A stretch of DNA of 64,000 bases from an uncultured Chloroflexia bacterium. Its GTDB lineage: Bacteria; Chloroflexota; Anaerolineae; JAAYZQ01. The notes under the pieces were generated by a model that was given only the letters and a program-made list of their open reading frames with translations, was not told the origin of the DNA and searched no databases. Of the stretch, positions 18,899 through 27,740 are shown piece by piece (the first letter of the stretch is position 1; each line of letters opens with the position of its first letter). The stretch lies in contig CAVOXA010000010.1 in NCBI GenBank assembly GCA_963700285.1, positions 96,001 to 160,000 on the forward strand, read 5' to 3'. A program made the translations under genes and the position numbers.

Positions 18899-19273
18899 CT
18901 AGCCCAGCAAGCCACCCAGGCTGCCCAGCCCACCCAGCCCACCCAATCCACCGGTCAGCGCACCCAAGCGCTCGGCAGCCAGCGACTGTGACTGCTCGAT
19001 GGCTTCATTGACCGCAGCAACCATCAGATCCTGCAGCATCTCCACGTCTTCGGGATCCACGGCTTCGGGATCGATGGTGATCGACTCCACCCGCTGGTGC
19101 CCGTTGATGACCACTGCAACAACTCCGCCACCCGCCGTTACGGTAACTGTCTCAGCGCCCAACGCATCCTGTGTCTGGACCATCTCTTCCTGCAGCCTCA
19201 TAAGCTGCTGGCGCATGTCCGGCCGGCCACCCGGCTGCTGGCCCCGAATACGTCGCCCTTTACCTTTTGCCAT
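18899..19273 (-). CDS. ybaB: YbaB/EbfC nucleoid-associated protein
   Basis: AGGGVV...[17 protein letters not shown]; lies between dnaX and recR. Confidence 0.96.
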   Translation of the reverse strand: MAKGKGRRIRGQQPGGRPDMRQQLMRLQEEMVQTQDALGAETVTVTAGGGVVAVVINGHQRVESITIDPEAVDPEDVEMLQDLMVAAVNEAIEQSQSLAAERLGALTGGLGGLGGLGSLGGLLG

Positions 19274-19356
19274 TTGTCTTCCTCCTATTTCCTGCCATCA
19301 ACCGTCAGCTTCTGGAGGCTATACCGTTGATTGCTGAGCTCTGATGGCTAGTTTTT

Positions 19357-21063
19357 CTACGGCTCTTCAACAACCTTTGTCTGCCCACCAAGTTTCTCGG
19401 CCCAGCGCGTGATCTGGCCCAGGTCCTCGGCATCCAACGCAGGTTGCGGGGAGGCCGTATCTGAGGCTGGCGCGGAGGGGCCAGGGGCTTCCTGAGGATT
19501 GGGTAGATAGTCCGAGGCCAGTACCAGCTTCACGTGACAACTGCGGCCCACTACCTCGCTAAGCGCATCCTGGACCTCTACCTTCCGTTGGGGATCTCCG
19601 AGCTTATCCCGCAGGAAGGGATAGGGAAAAGTCACGACGACCTGACTGCCCGTCACTTCAACCGGTGTGCAACCAGAGCGCAAGGCGCCTTCCGCGGTGG
19701 GATTGCGCTGCCGCACGGCGACAAGTATCTGCTCCCAGACCCGCTCTACCATCTCCAGGGTCAACTGTCCGGAGCTGGTCTGAGCCTCTACAACGGGCTC
19801 AACATCTGTAGTGCTCTTGACCGGCACGTGCGGTGCCGGAGTTGGCGTGAGAACAGGAACTGAAGATTCTGCCACACGATGGCCTTCCGCCTTGGGTACA
19901 GTGGACGGTGGGGCAGGGGGCGTCGAAGGAGCTGGTTCCTGCCTACCAGTGGTCTGACTCGAAGCCTCTGGCCCAGCAGTTCCCATAATGCTCTCGACCA
20001 GAGCAAGTTCCAGTGGCAATTGAGGGATCATCTGCAGACCACCCTTGACGTCGGTCACTGCACCGTTAAAGAGGCGGATGGCCTGCAGCAACTGCCCCGT
20101 CGGCATCCGTTGGGCCAGCTCTTCCATTCTGGTGGACTGCTCTGCCGTCGCATTGAGCAAGCGCGTGCCCGCACCCTGGTTGACCAGCAACACACCACGC
20201 AGGTATTCCACCACTTCCCGGCCGAACTGGCGCGGATCTGCGCCACCACCCACCGTACGATTGATGCGATCCAGGCCTCCGGCCACGTTGCCATCGGCCA
20301 GATCAGTAACCAATTGGCTGGCCGCCTCGCCCGCGACGGTTCCCAGGACCATCTGCACCTGGTCCAGCGTAATCTGATCCCCATAGCTGGTCAATTGATC
20401 CAGCAGGCTGATGGCATCCCGCATGGCGCCAGTGCCCTGATAGGCAATGAGTTCCAGCGCCTCGGGCTCGACGGCAATCCCCTCCCGTTCGGCAATGTAG
20501 GCCAGTCGGTCCACGATGGTCTGCAAGGGGATACGCTTAAAGTCGAAACGCTGGCAGCGTGAGGAAATCGTAGCCGGAATTTTGTGGGGATCGGTGGTGA
20601 CCAGAGCAAAGATCACGTGCGGTGGCGGCTCCTCCAGCGTCTTGAGCAGGGCATTGAAGGCCGGCTCAGTGAGCATATGTGCCTCATCGAGAACATAGAT
20701 CTTGAATCGGCCCTCGTTAGGCCGAAAGCCGACCTTCTCCCGAATATCCCGGATCTCGTCGATGCCCCGGTTGCTGGCGGCGTCGATCTCGATCAGGTCC
20801 AGCAAACGCCCGTCATTGATGGCCACACAGATGGAGCAGACATTGCAGGGTCTTTCCCCTTCAGAGGCATGGCAGTTCACCGCCTTGGCCAGCAGGCGGG
20901 CAGTGGTCGTCTTGCCGGTTCCCCTGGGCCCAGTAAAAAGGTAGGCGTGGCGGATCTTGCCCTGGCGCAGCGCATTGCGCAGCGTCCGGGTGATCGGCTC
21001 CTGGCCAGCCACTTCGTCGAACGTCTGCGGACGGTACTTGAGATAGAGCGCCTGAGCGGCCAT
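19357..21063 (-). CDS. dnaX: DNA polymerase III subunit gamma/tau
   Basis: LYLKYRP, GPRGTGKTT, EIDAAS, DEAHML, FNALLKTLEEPP, SRCQ. Confidence 0.98.
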   Translation of the reverse strand: MAAQALYLKYRPQTFDEVAGQEPITRTLRNALRQGKIRHAYLFTGPRGTGKTTTARLLAKAVNCHASEGERPCNVCSICVAINDGRLLDLIEIDAASNRGIDEIRDIREKVGFRPNEGRFKIYVLDEAHMLTEPAFNALLKTLEEPPPHVIFALVTTDPHKIPATISSRCQRFDFKRIPLQTIVDRLAYIAEREGIAVEPEALELIAYQGTGAMRDAISLLDQLTSYGDQITLDQVQMVLGTVAGEAASQLVTDLADGNVAGGLDRINRTVGGGADPRQFGREVVEYLRGVLLVNQGAGTRLLNATAEQSTRMEELAQRMPTGQLLQAIRLFNGAVTDVKGGLQMIPQLPLELALVESIMGTAGPEASSQTTGRQEPAPSTPPAPPSTVPKAEGHRVAESSVPVLTPTPAPHVPVKSTTDVEPVVEAQTSSGQLTLEMVERVWEQILVAVRQRNPTAEGALRSGCTPVEVTGSQVVVTFPYPFLRDKLGDPQRKVEVQDALSEVVGRSCHVKLVLASDYLPNPQEAPGPSAPASDTASPQPALDAEDLGQITRWAEKLGGQTKVVEEP

Positions 21064-21392
21064 GGATTCTCCTCATGCGGTGTCCTCGATCTCGAGGCCC
21101 TTTCTAGTTTACCAGAGATGGGCAGTTTCTGCAAGGTCGGAGAGGTCGTTACAGACGTGACGATGAGGGGCAGGCGTCTCAACCGTCTGGAATGACCATG
21201 TGGAGGATAGACGCCGTTACGACACAGCCTTTCTCCTCCGCATATAGTTTGCGCTTTCCAAAATCTTGCGGTACAATCCAGGGCAACACCAGCGACCGTG
21301 CGGCAGAGGATGATCGCCGGCGTCCATTGGTCTGCGCAGGTTAGAAGGGTTGCTTCCTTGGCCTACTGCACAGAGAGTAAAAGGAGTCAAAC

Positions 21393-21857
21393 ATGTCACC
21401 ATGGCTTAAAGCGGGACTGATCGGCGCGGCTGTGCTCGTCGCGCTGAACGTATTGGGGTTGATCCCCTGCGTCGGGCTTGTCACCTGTTTCGTGGGCCTG
21501 TTGGTTTATGGCGGCATCGGCGCTGTGGTTGCCCATTGGCTACCCCCAGTGCGCGATGCTGGGGTAGCCGCCGGTCAAGGAGCAGCCGCGGCTGTCCTGG
21601 CTGCAGTGATCGGCGGGTTCGTGAACATGATCCTGACCACGATCCAGATGAGCCTCCTGGATACCTCGGCCATTCTCTCCCAGCTTCCGGCAGAATCGCT
21701 CCAACAGATGGAAATGGCAGGCATTGACCCTTCCATATTCACGGGACCAACCGCAGGGCTGTTCTATGGCGGCGCTTGCTGCCTGGGAGGTTTGATACTG
21801 GCCGCCATTCTCGGCGCCATCGGCGGCGCTATCTATGCCGGTGTGAAGCCTGAGTAG
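21393..21857 (+). CDS. Membrane protein (about 4 TM)
   Basis: Gly/Ala-rich hydrophobic helices; AAGGAG RBS. Confidence 0.8.
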   Translation: MSPWLKAGLIGAAVLVALNVLGLIPCVGLVTCFVGLLVYGGIGAVVAHWLPPVRDAGVAAGQGAAAAVLAAVIGGFVNMILTTIQMSLLDTSAILSQLPAESLQQMEMAGIDPSIFTGPTAGLFYGGACCLGGLILAAILGAIGGAIYAGVKPE

Positions 21858-21883
21858 GTTTGTGCAAAAGAAACGACCCAAGC

Positions 21884-21913
21884 AGGGCTGCCCCTTGCGG
21901 GGGCAGCCCTTTT
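21884..21913 (+). terminator. Intrinsic terminator
   Basis: AGGGCTGCCCC-loop-GGGGCAGCCCT followed by TTT. Confidence 0.85.
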
Positions 21914-21958
21914 CCTTCGCTCATCGTGGCGGAAGGTTCTGAACACAAGGACGACACC

Positions 21959-22705
21959 ATGGCAGAAGAATTGACAAGCGAGTTGGACCTGAACGAGGAA
22001 AGCCTCTGCCCCGAATGCGGCGCAGCCATGGATGAAGGCGACATGGTCTGCCCCCAGTGCGGGGCTGAATTTGGCTACTATTGTCCCGAGTGTGACGAGG
22101 AGGTTCCCGCCGACGCCTGCGTCTGTCCCCACTGCGGCGCAGAGATGGATGAGGGCTTTGAAAATGAGGGTGAATCCGAGCCGGAGGGAGAGCGAGCAGC
22201 TAACGGTACGAACTGCGGTGAGTCCATAGATAACGAGGACAAAAAGTGCCCCGAATGCGGCGCAGTCATGGATGAAGGCGATACAGTCTGCCCCCAGTGC
22301 GGGGCTGAATTTGGCTACTATTGCCCCGAGTGTGACGAGGAGGTTCCCGCGGACGCCTTCATCTGTCCCCACTGCGGTGCAGAGATGGATGAGGGCTTTG
22401 AAGATGAGGAGGAAGACGCGGAACATGGGGGTGAGTCCAATCCGGAGGGGGAGCGAGCGGCTTTCTGTGCGAATTGCGGTGAGCCCATAGAAAAAGAGGA
22501 CAAAGAGTGCCCCGCCTGCGGCGTGGATTTGTGTCCCGATTGCGGAAGCCCGCTGGAAGAGGACGACGAGGTCTGCCCAGAATGCGGCGCCGAGTTCGCG
22601 TTTTCCTGTCCAGACTGTGGTGAGGATCTCCCGGCCAACGCAGTGATCTGTTCCCACTGCGGCTATAACTTCGTGGACGAGGAGGAGGAGGAGGAGGATG
22701 ACTGA
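21959..22705 (+). CDS. Acidic poly-zinc-ribbon protein (14 CxxC)
   Basis: Repeated CPxCG knuckles, very Asp/Glu-rich; AAGGA RBS before ATG 21959. Confidence 0.85.
   Translation: MAEELTSELDLNEESLCPECGAAMDEGDMVCPQCGAEFGYYCPECDEEVPADACVCPHCGAEMDEGFENEGESEPEGERAANGTNCGESIDNEDKKCPECGAVMDEGDTVCPQCGAEFGYYCPECDEEVPADAFICPHCGAEMDEGFEDEEEDAEHGGESNPEGERAAFCANCGEPIEKEDKECPACGVDLCPDCGSPLEEDDEVCPECGAEFAFSCPDCGEDLPANAVICSHCGYNFVDEEEEEEDD
22007..22504 (+). repeat. Intragenic tandem duplication, 240-bp period
   Basis: Lines at 22021 and 22261 are nearly identical; the second copy carries an 18-nt insertion. Confidence 0.92.
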
Positions 22706-23540
22706 GGGCGGCATCGACCTCATCCTCCTGAAGCCTGACCCGGTCCTTGAGGGCCCCGACACCACCCGCTGCCCGGCCTGCGGCACCGGCGTCTATCTCA
22801 ACGATGGCATCTGCTCAGCCTGCGGCCAGGTCTATTGTCCGGGATGCGGGCATTCCCTCGAAGATGATACGTTTGAGGACGAGGGCCTCGAAGACGAGGG
22901 CCTCGAGGACGAGGGCCTCGAGGACGACGATACCTGCCCGAACTGCGGCCTGGCGCTGAGCTTTCCCTGTCCTGGCTGTGACTTTCCGGTTGCCAGCGGG
23001 GCCAAGCGCTGCCCCGAGTGCGGCGTCCTTTTTGTACTGCGCTGCCCCGCCTGCGATGTACGCATCCTTGATGGAGCCGAGGCATGTCCCGATTGTGGCC
23101 AAGCCTTCGCGCTGGAAAGGCGCACGCTGGCAACTATTTTTGCCTCGGAGCCTGGGCTAGTCTTGCTCAAGTGTCCGGCCTGCATGGTCAAGTTCGGCAG
23201 CGAGATGGGAGCCTGTCCCGGGTGTAACCAACGCGTCTGCCCCGAGTGCTATCTACTGTTAAAGGACGAGGAACTCGATTGTCCCCACTGCGGCTGCCAT
23301 GCCGCCCGGCCCTGCCCTGCCTGCAAAGCCAGCGTAGGTTTGGGGTCCCCAGAGTGTCCTGCTTGCGGCCAATCCCTCTGTCCAGCTTGTGGCGCCGGAG
23401 TAGGGGAGAACGACACAAACTGCCCCAGGTGCGGCACAGAACTGGAGTTGTGTTGCCCCCAATGTGGCGCCGACCTGGAGCCTCAGATGATGCACTGCCC
23501 CGCATGCGGCCTTAGCTTTGGCCCAGACGACCCGGACTGA
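22698..23540 (+). CDS. Poly-zinc-ribbon protein (18 CxxC)
   Basis: 18 CxxC knuckles; start overlaps upstream stop (ATGACTGA); poly-GAG upstream provides the RBS. Confidence 0.85.
   Translation: MTEGGIDLILLKPDPVLEGPDTTRCPACGTGVYLNDGICSACGQVYCPGCGHSLEDDTFEDEGLEDEGLEDEGLEDDDTCPNCGLALSFPCPGCDFPVASGAKRCPECGVLFVLRCPACDVRILDGAEACPDCGQAFALERRTLATIFASEPGLVLLKCPACMVKFGSEMGACPGCNQRVCPECYLLLKDEELDCPHCGCHAARPCPACKASVGLGSPECPACGQSLCPACGAGVGENDTNCPRCGTELELCCPQCGADLEPQMMHCPACGLSFGPDDPD
22875..22927 (+). repeat. 15-bp coding tandem repeat (EDEGL)x3.5
   Basis: GARGACGAGGGCCTC repeated. Confidence 0.9.
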
Positions 23541-23588
23541 TTCGCCGGCGCTTGTTGCCAGCCTATTAGAGGATTCGTTCCCGCGATA

Positions 23589-24740
23589 TTACCACGACCG
23601 CCTGAACTCGACACGCCAGGCATAGTGGGAGATGCTCACGCACTCGCCCTTGTCATAGAGTTCCTGGCATCGCTCCCTGGTAATATCAGTCTCGCAGCAT
23701 GCACAATAACCTGCCGCCCACAGATCTTCAAGGGGAGGCGGGTCGTGGGTGGGCAGATTGCGGGTCAAGTCGGTCTCACACGCCCCTCCCTCGCCACTGG
23801 CGATGCAAAGCTGTCCCCCATCCATCCCGCTGAACTCGACCTCACCGGGCCCCCAGAACGGATCATCTCCTTTGTGGCCTGATACCTGGTACAGACCCGT
23901 ATATCGCTCGTGCACCCAGACACCCGGGATCTGGTTCCCCGCCGCATCCAGAACGGTAACGCGGATCAGTTTGAGACCGTCGCTGCAGGTTTGACCTTCC
24001 TGTCCAGGACCAACCAACTGGGCCGTATAGGTCCATTTCACGGCTGCCGTCGGCGATGGCTGCGCAGTCGGCGTTGGCTCGGGTTCCACGGTATTGGTCG
24101 GTTGGGGCCTCGGCGTGTCCGACGGCACAGCGGTTGCCGTCGGCAGGGCAGGCGTGTCTGAGGGTGCCATCGTCGGCGCAGGTGAAAGCGTCGCTGTGAC
24201 CGTTGGCGTGGGTGGGATGGTCGTCGGCTCTTTGGTCGTCGGCTCTTTGGTTGTCGGCTCGGGTGTGGCCGATGGCACAGCCGTTGGCGCCGGTACGTCT
24301 GTAGGCGTCGAGCTCGGTTGGGGCAGAGCCGTACCGGTGGGGGGCAGAGTCGGCGTAGCCAAATAGGCCAACGATTGTGGGCTTTCCACACCCAGTGCCT
24401 GGCCCAGCACGGCGAGTGCACGAATATCCGCCTCGTCGCGCCCCTCAGTGATGTAGCGGTCAATCAAGATCGCAAGCTGTTGATCGATATCTGACGCGTC
24501 CAGCCGCGCCAATCGTGCCTGGGCCCTCTCCAGATCGTGGTCAGAACTGTAGGAAGCCGCCACCAGGACGACATAGACTTCCTGGGACTCTGCTCCCAGG
24601 CTGACCAGGGCCGCATCGGATCGGCACGGCGCCTTGATGCCTCGACTAAACAAAAAGCCCAGCCCAAGCCCAATCATCAAAGCCAGGCCAGTACAAAGCG
24701 CCCCGATGAGAATGGTCCGATCGGTCCGTGATTCTTTCAT
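23589..24740 (-). CDS. Membrane-anchored surface protein with PT-rich linker and Cys-rich C-terminal domain
   Basis: N-terminal TM, long Pro/Thr linker containing (EPTTK) repeats, C-terminal beta-rich domain. Confidence 0.85.
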   Translation of the reverse strand: MKESRTDRTILIGALCTGLALMIGLGLGFLFSRGIKAPCRSDAALVSLGAESQEVYVVLVAASYSSDHDLERAQARLARLDASDIDQQLAILIDRYITEGRDEADIRALAVLGQALGVESPQSLAYLATPTLPPTGTALPQPSSTPTDVPAPTAVPSATPEPTTKEPTTKEPTTIPPTPTVTATLSPAPTMAPSDTPALPTATAVPSDTPRPQPTNTVEPEPTPTAQPSPTAAVKWTYTAQLVGPGQEGQTCSDGLKLIRVTVLDAAGNQIPGVWVHERYTGLYQVSGHKGDDPFWGPGEVEFSGMDGGQLCIASGEGGACETDLTRNLPTHDPPPLEDLWAAGYCACCETDITRERCQELYDKGECVSISHYAWRVEFRRSW

Positions 24741-25128
24741 CGTCCTATACCGCTCCTTGATCTAAACTCGGATACCAGTATAGGGGAGAATGCGCTGTTG
24801 GTCAATTCCAGCGGACACCCCATCTGGGTGGGTGAGGGACCCCAGCTATTGCTAGATCTCCGCACAGGGTGAGAAAACCTACAGCAACCGCCAGTATTTG
24901 TATGCTACAATTCAACAGATGGGACCGCGCACGATCCGGGTACAGTCACAGGTAGCACAGCAGAACCATCTCGTAATCCCAACCTATCTCTTGGGATAGA
25001 CTTGCAGTAATTTGCAGAGAATCGTCGAGGGTGGGGTAAGGAACCTATGCTCCGGGGCGTCCAAACTACTGTATGGGGCCGCAGACCTGATGTTTGCCGG
25101 CATGCTCATCAAGGAGAGGAGATACGAA

Positions 25129-25815
25129 ATGGGAGAATCTGCAGAATCCGTACCCATCAGACCCTTCGCCTGGGAGGAGCCCCTGCGCCGGATCGCGTTG
25201 GTGATCGCTCGCCTGGGCCTGGCCTTTCTTTTCTTCTCGCAGCTCTTTTGGAAGCTTCCCCCCCAGTTCGGCTGTGGCTCTGAATTCGACTTTTCCAGCG
25301 AGGGACCCGATGGCGCGCTGATCCGCAAGAGTGGCCTGTGTGACTGGGTCGGTCTTGAATCTGTCTATGCTGACCGCGAACGGACTTTCTTTGTGATTCC
25401 CAGCTCTGATGGCGGTACCCTTTTCTCCATTGGCCTGGATCCACTGGTCAAGCTCAATGGAGTCTTTGTCAGCCATGTCGTGCAACCAACCTTTGGCGCC
25501 TTCGGCTGGGCGATCTTTCTTGCCGAAGCCTTCGTCGCGGCCACGCTCTTCCTGGGTCTTCTCAGTCGTGGGGGCGCGCTCGTTGCACTCTTGCTGTCGC
25601 TCCAACTGATGCTGGGTCTGGCCGGCGCCTGGGATCCCGCGACCCATCTCAACGAGTGGGAATGGAGCTACCACCTGATGGTCCTGCTGTCGCTCGTCCT
25701 GCTTGGTATTACTCCCGGCCGCATCTTTGGGCTGGATGCACTGCTAAGACCCCGTCAGGCTGCCAGCGCCGCCCGCGGCCGATGGCTGGCCAAACTGTAC
25801 CTAGCTCTCAGCTAG
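25129..25815 (+). CDS. DoxX/TQO small subunit DoxD-like membrane protein
   Basis: RLGLAFLFFSQLFWKLPP, EAFVA..LFLG..SR, EWEWSY; AAGGAGAGGAG RBS. Confidence 0.85.
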   Translation: MGESAESVPIRPFAWEEPLRRIALVIARLGLAFLFFSQLFWKLPPQFGCGSEFDFSSEGPDGALIRKSGLCDWVGLESVYADRERTFFVIPSSDGGTLFSIGLDPLVKLNGVFVSHVVQPTFGAFGWAIFLAEAFVAATLFLGLLSRGGALVALLLSLQLMLGLAGAWDPATHLNEWEWSYHLMVLLSLVLLGITPGRIFGLDALLRPRQAASAARGRWLAKLYLALS

Positions 25816-25872
25816 CACCACCACTTGGGTAGCCCTGTAACGCTGCCCCACCCTGGTACATAGGAGACGTAA

Positions 25873-26721
25873 ATGGTTCTTTCCAGAACGCTTGCAGGAC
25901 CCGCAACAGACACTGCTGGCAGCCCGACCGGCGAAGGGACACCGTTCGTTTGGAAACTGTGGGTTTATACCAACTATGATTGCAACCTGAGTTGTACCTA
26001 TTGCGTGGCCGAGTCCAGCCCGCGTGCTGCGCGTAGAGGACTGGACCTGGAGACCGTACAGCGGCTCGTGGACGAGGCCATTGCGCTGGGCTTTGGCCAC
26101 CTGCTCTTTACCGGCGGCGAGCCCTTCATCCTGGACGATATCTATGATATGCTGGCCTACGCCTCAGCCCGGGCTCAGACAACCGTCCTGACAAATGCCA
26201 TGCTGCTGCACGGCAGTCGCTTGGAACGACTGGCAGCCATCGCCAGCGACAGGCTGACGGTTCAGGTAAGCCTGGATGGCGCCCGGCCCGAGCACCACGA
26301 CGTCTATCGCGGCGCGGGTACCTGGGCCAAGACCATGGAGGGCATCCAGCGCCTGCAGGTGCGCGGACTGCACCTGCGTCTGTCTACGACCGAGACGCCG
26401 GCCAATAGCGACTACCTGGCGGAATTGTACGCACTCCGTCGTTCCCTGGGTATCCCCGAAAAGGATCACGTTATCCGGCCGCTGGCCCACCGGGGCTTTG
26501 CCCGGGAAGGGACGGAGGTAACCGTCGACAACTTGATGCCCGAGGTTACCGTCACTGCGGATGGCGTCTTCTGGCATCCGCTGGCCTCGCCCAGTAGCTG
26601 TGACATGCAGGTGAGTAACAGGATCTTTCCCCTGGCCACGGCTGTGGACTGTATCCAACTGCAACTCGACCAGTTGCTGCGCGCCAAGCACGGGCTGCCA
26701 CAGGCCATCACTTGAGGCTGA
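25873..26721 (+). CDS. Radical SAM protein (Rv1681/MoeX-like), probable penultimate selenocysteine (...QAIT-U-G*)
   Basis: YTNYDCNLSCTYC, FTGGEPF, LTNA, QVSLDG, DGVFWHP. ORF-track stop TGA 26713 is followed by GGC TGA and a SECIS-like hairpin. Ends at 26715 if not recoded. Confidence 0.85.
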
Positions 26722-26727
26722 GCCGCG

Positions 26728-26744
26728 GGCTTCTGGAGGAAGCC
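26728..26744 (+). promoter_or_regulatory. Candidate bacterial SECIS element
   Basis: GGCTTC-TGGAG-GAAGCC stem-loop starting 12 nt after the in-frame UGA, with G in the apical loop. Confidence 0.6.
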
Positions 26745-26756
26745 GAGAACAGTACG

Positions 26757-26779
26757 CATCCTGGACGGCGTCCAGGATG
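26757..26779. terminator. 10-bp perfect hairpin (terminator or stabiliser)
   Basis: CATCCTGGAC-GGC-GTCCAGGATG; no adjacent U-tract. Confidence 0.45.
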
Positions 26780-26851
26780 GCAAACCTGCTGCACATCCAG
26801 GATTTTCTTTGACGGTGGGATCACGTTATTAGATCTAGGAGGGGGGTTACG

Positions 26852-27361
26852 TTGACCAAGACCATGCGCGAGGCGCTCAGCCGCCAGGCGCCGCTATGGC
26901 CCATCGCCCTGAGCCGCGTGCTCATCGGAGTGCTGTGGTTGGGGACGCTGCGCTGGAAGCTACCACCGGACTTTGCCCCCGCATCGGGACGGGGGTTATT
27001 TGACTGGCTGCTATTGGAGGCCCAGTACCCGGCCTTTGGTTTCTATGGCGCTTTTGTCGAGTCGATCGTGATTCCCAACTTTTCCCTGTTCGCCTGGCTG
27101 GTCTTTTTGAGCGAGCTAGGCGTGGGGCTGCTGCTGGTGACGGGCACGTGGACGCGCCTGGCAGGCGCCCTGGGCCTTCTCATGTCCCTCAACCTGGGGA
27201 TCGGACTGCTGGAGGTTCCGGGCGAATGGCCCTGGTCCTACATCATGATGGCCATGTGGCACGGGCTGTTCGTGGTTGCGGCCGCAGGGCGCGTGCTGGG
27301 CGTCGATGCCTGGCTGCGCCGCCGGTTGCCCACCAAGTCCCTGTGGCTCGTCTTCACTTAG
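26852..27361 (+). CDS. DoxX/TQO small subunit DoxD-like membrane protein (paralog)
   Basis: RVLIGVLW..LRWKLPP, ELGVG..L.TG.WTR, EWPWSY; TTG start with GGAGG RBS. Confidence 0.85.
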   Translation: MTKTMREALSRQAPLWPIALSRVLIGVLWLGTLRWKLPPDFAPASGRGLFDWLLLEAQYPAFGFYGAFVESIVIPNFSLFAWLVFLSELGVGLLLVTGTWTRLAGALGLLMSLNLGIGLLEVPGEWPWSYIMMAMWHGLFVVAAAGRVLGVDAWLRRRLPTKSLWLVFT

Positions 27362-27409
27362 CCGAGTTCCCTTGATGGGCAAAGGTTTCGCAGCTCACGA
27401 TCTGTCTCC

Positions 27410-27736
27410 ATGGTAGCTGTCGCCGGTCTTGCCGTCACTGCCGCCCTGACTGAGGTTGGCTTCCTGGCCCCGGTACGGACGTTTCTGCAAACGCCCAGTA
27501 TTATGTCCCGGCCGGATGGACAGGGCCCGACCTTGTCTATGCCCCTGGGCCTGCCCAACCCCTGGCTCATCATAATACCTGTGGTACTCCTGGCCGGCTA
27601 TTGGCTGCTGCGCAGCCCCCACAATTGCATGCAGGCCCTGGAAAGCCTGCCGCGCTGGGCTGAGGGCCAGGGACACACCGTCGTAAACCGCCAGGACCTG
27701 GGCGATGGCGTGTGGCAGATCGTGATACGAAAGTAA
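27410..27736 (+). pseudogene. Fused remnant of a YeeE/YedE-type transporter and a TusA/YeeD/YedF-type protein
   Basis: First part resembles the mid-section of YeeE (…GPTL..LG..NPW). Last 38 aa (NCMQALESLPRWAEGQGHTV...GVWQIVIRK) resemble the C-half of YeeD/YedF but lack the N-terminal CP motif. Confidence 0.55.
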
Positions 27737-27740
27737 CAAG

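Noticed and set aside
21064-21392. SRP RNA (ffs), often found upstream of dnaX
   Set aside because: The conserved CAGG...GGAAGGAAGCAGC domain IV motif was not found on either strand
24741-25128. Riboswitch (SAM or Moco) upstream of the DoxD/radical SAM locus
   Set aside because: Long intergenic region, but no consensus aptamer was recognised by eye; an Rfam scan would be needed
26719-26721. Second UGA also decoded as Sec
   Set aside because: It is only 6 nt from the hairpin, too close for typical SECIS spacing, and the extension is not protein-like
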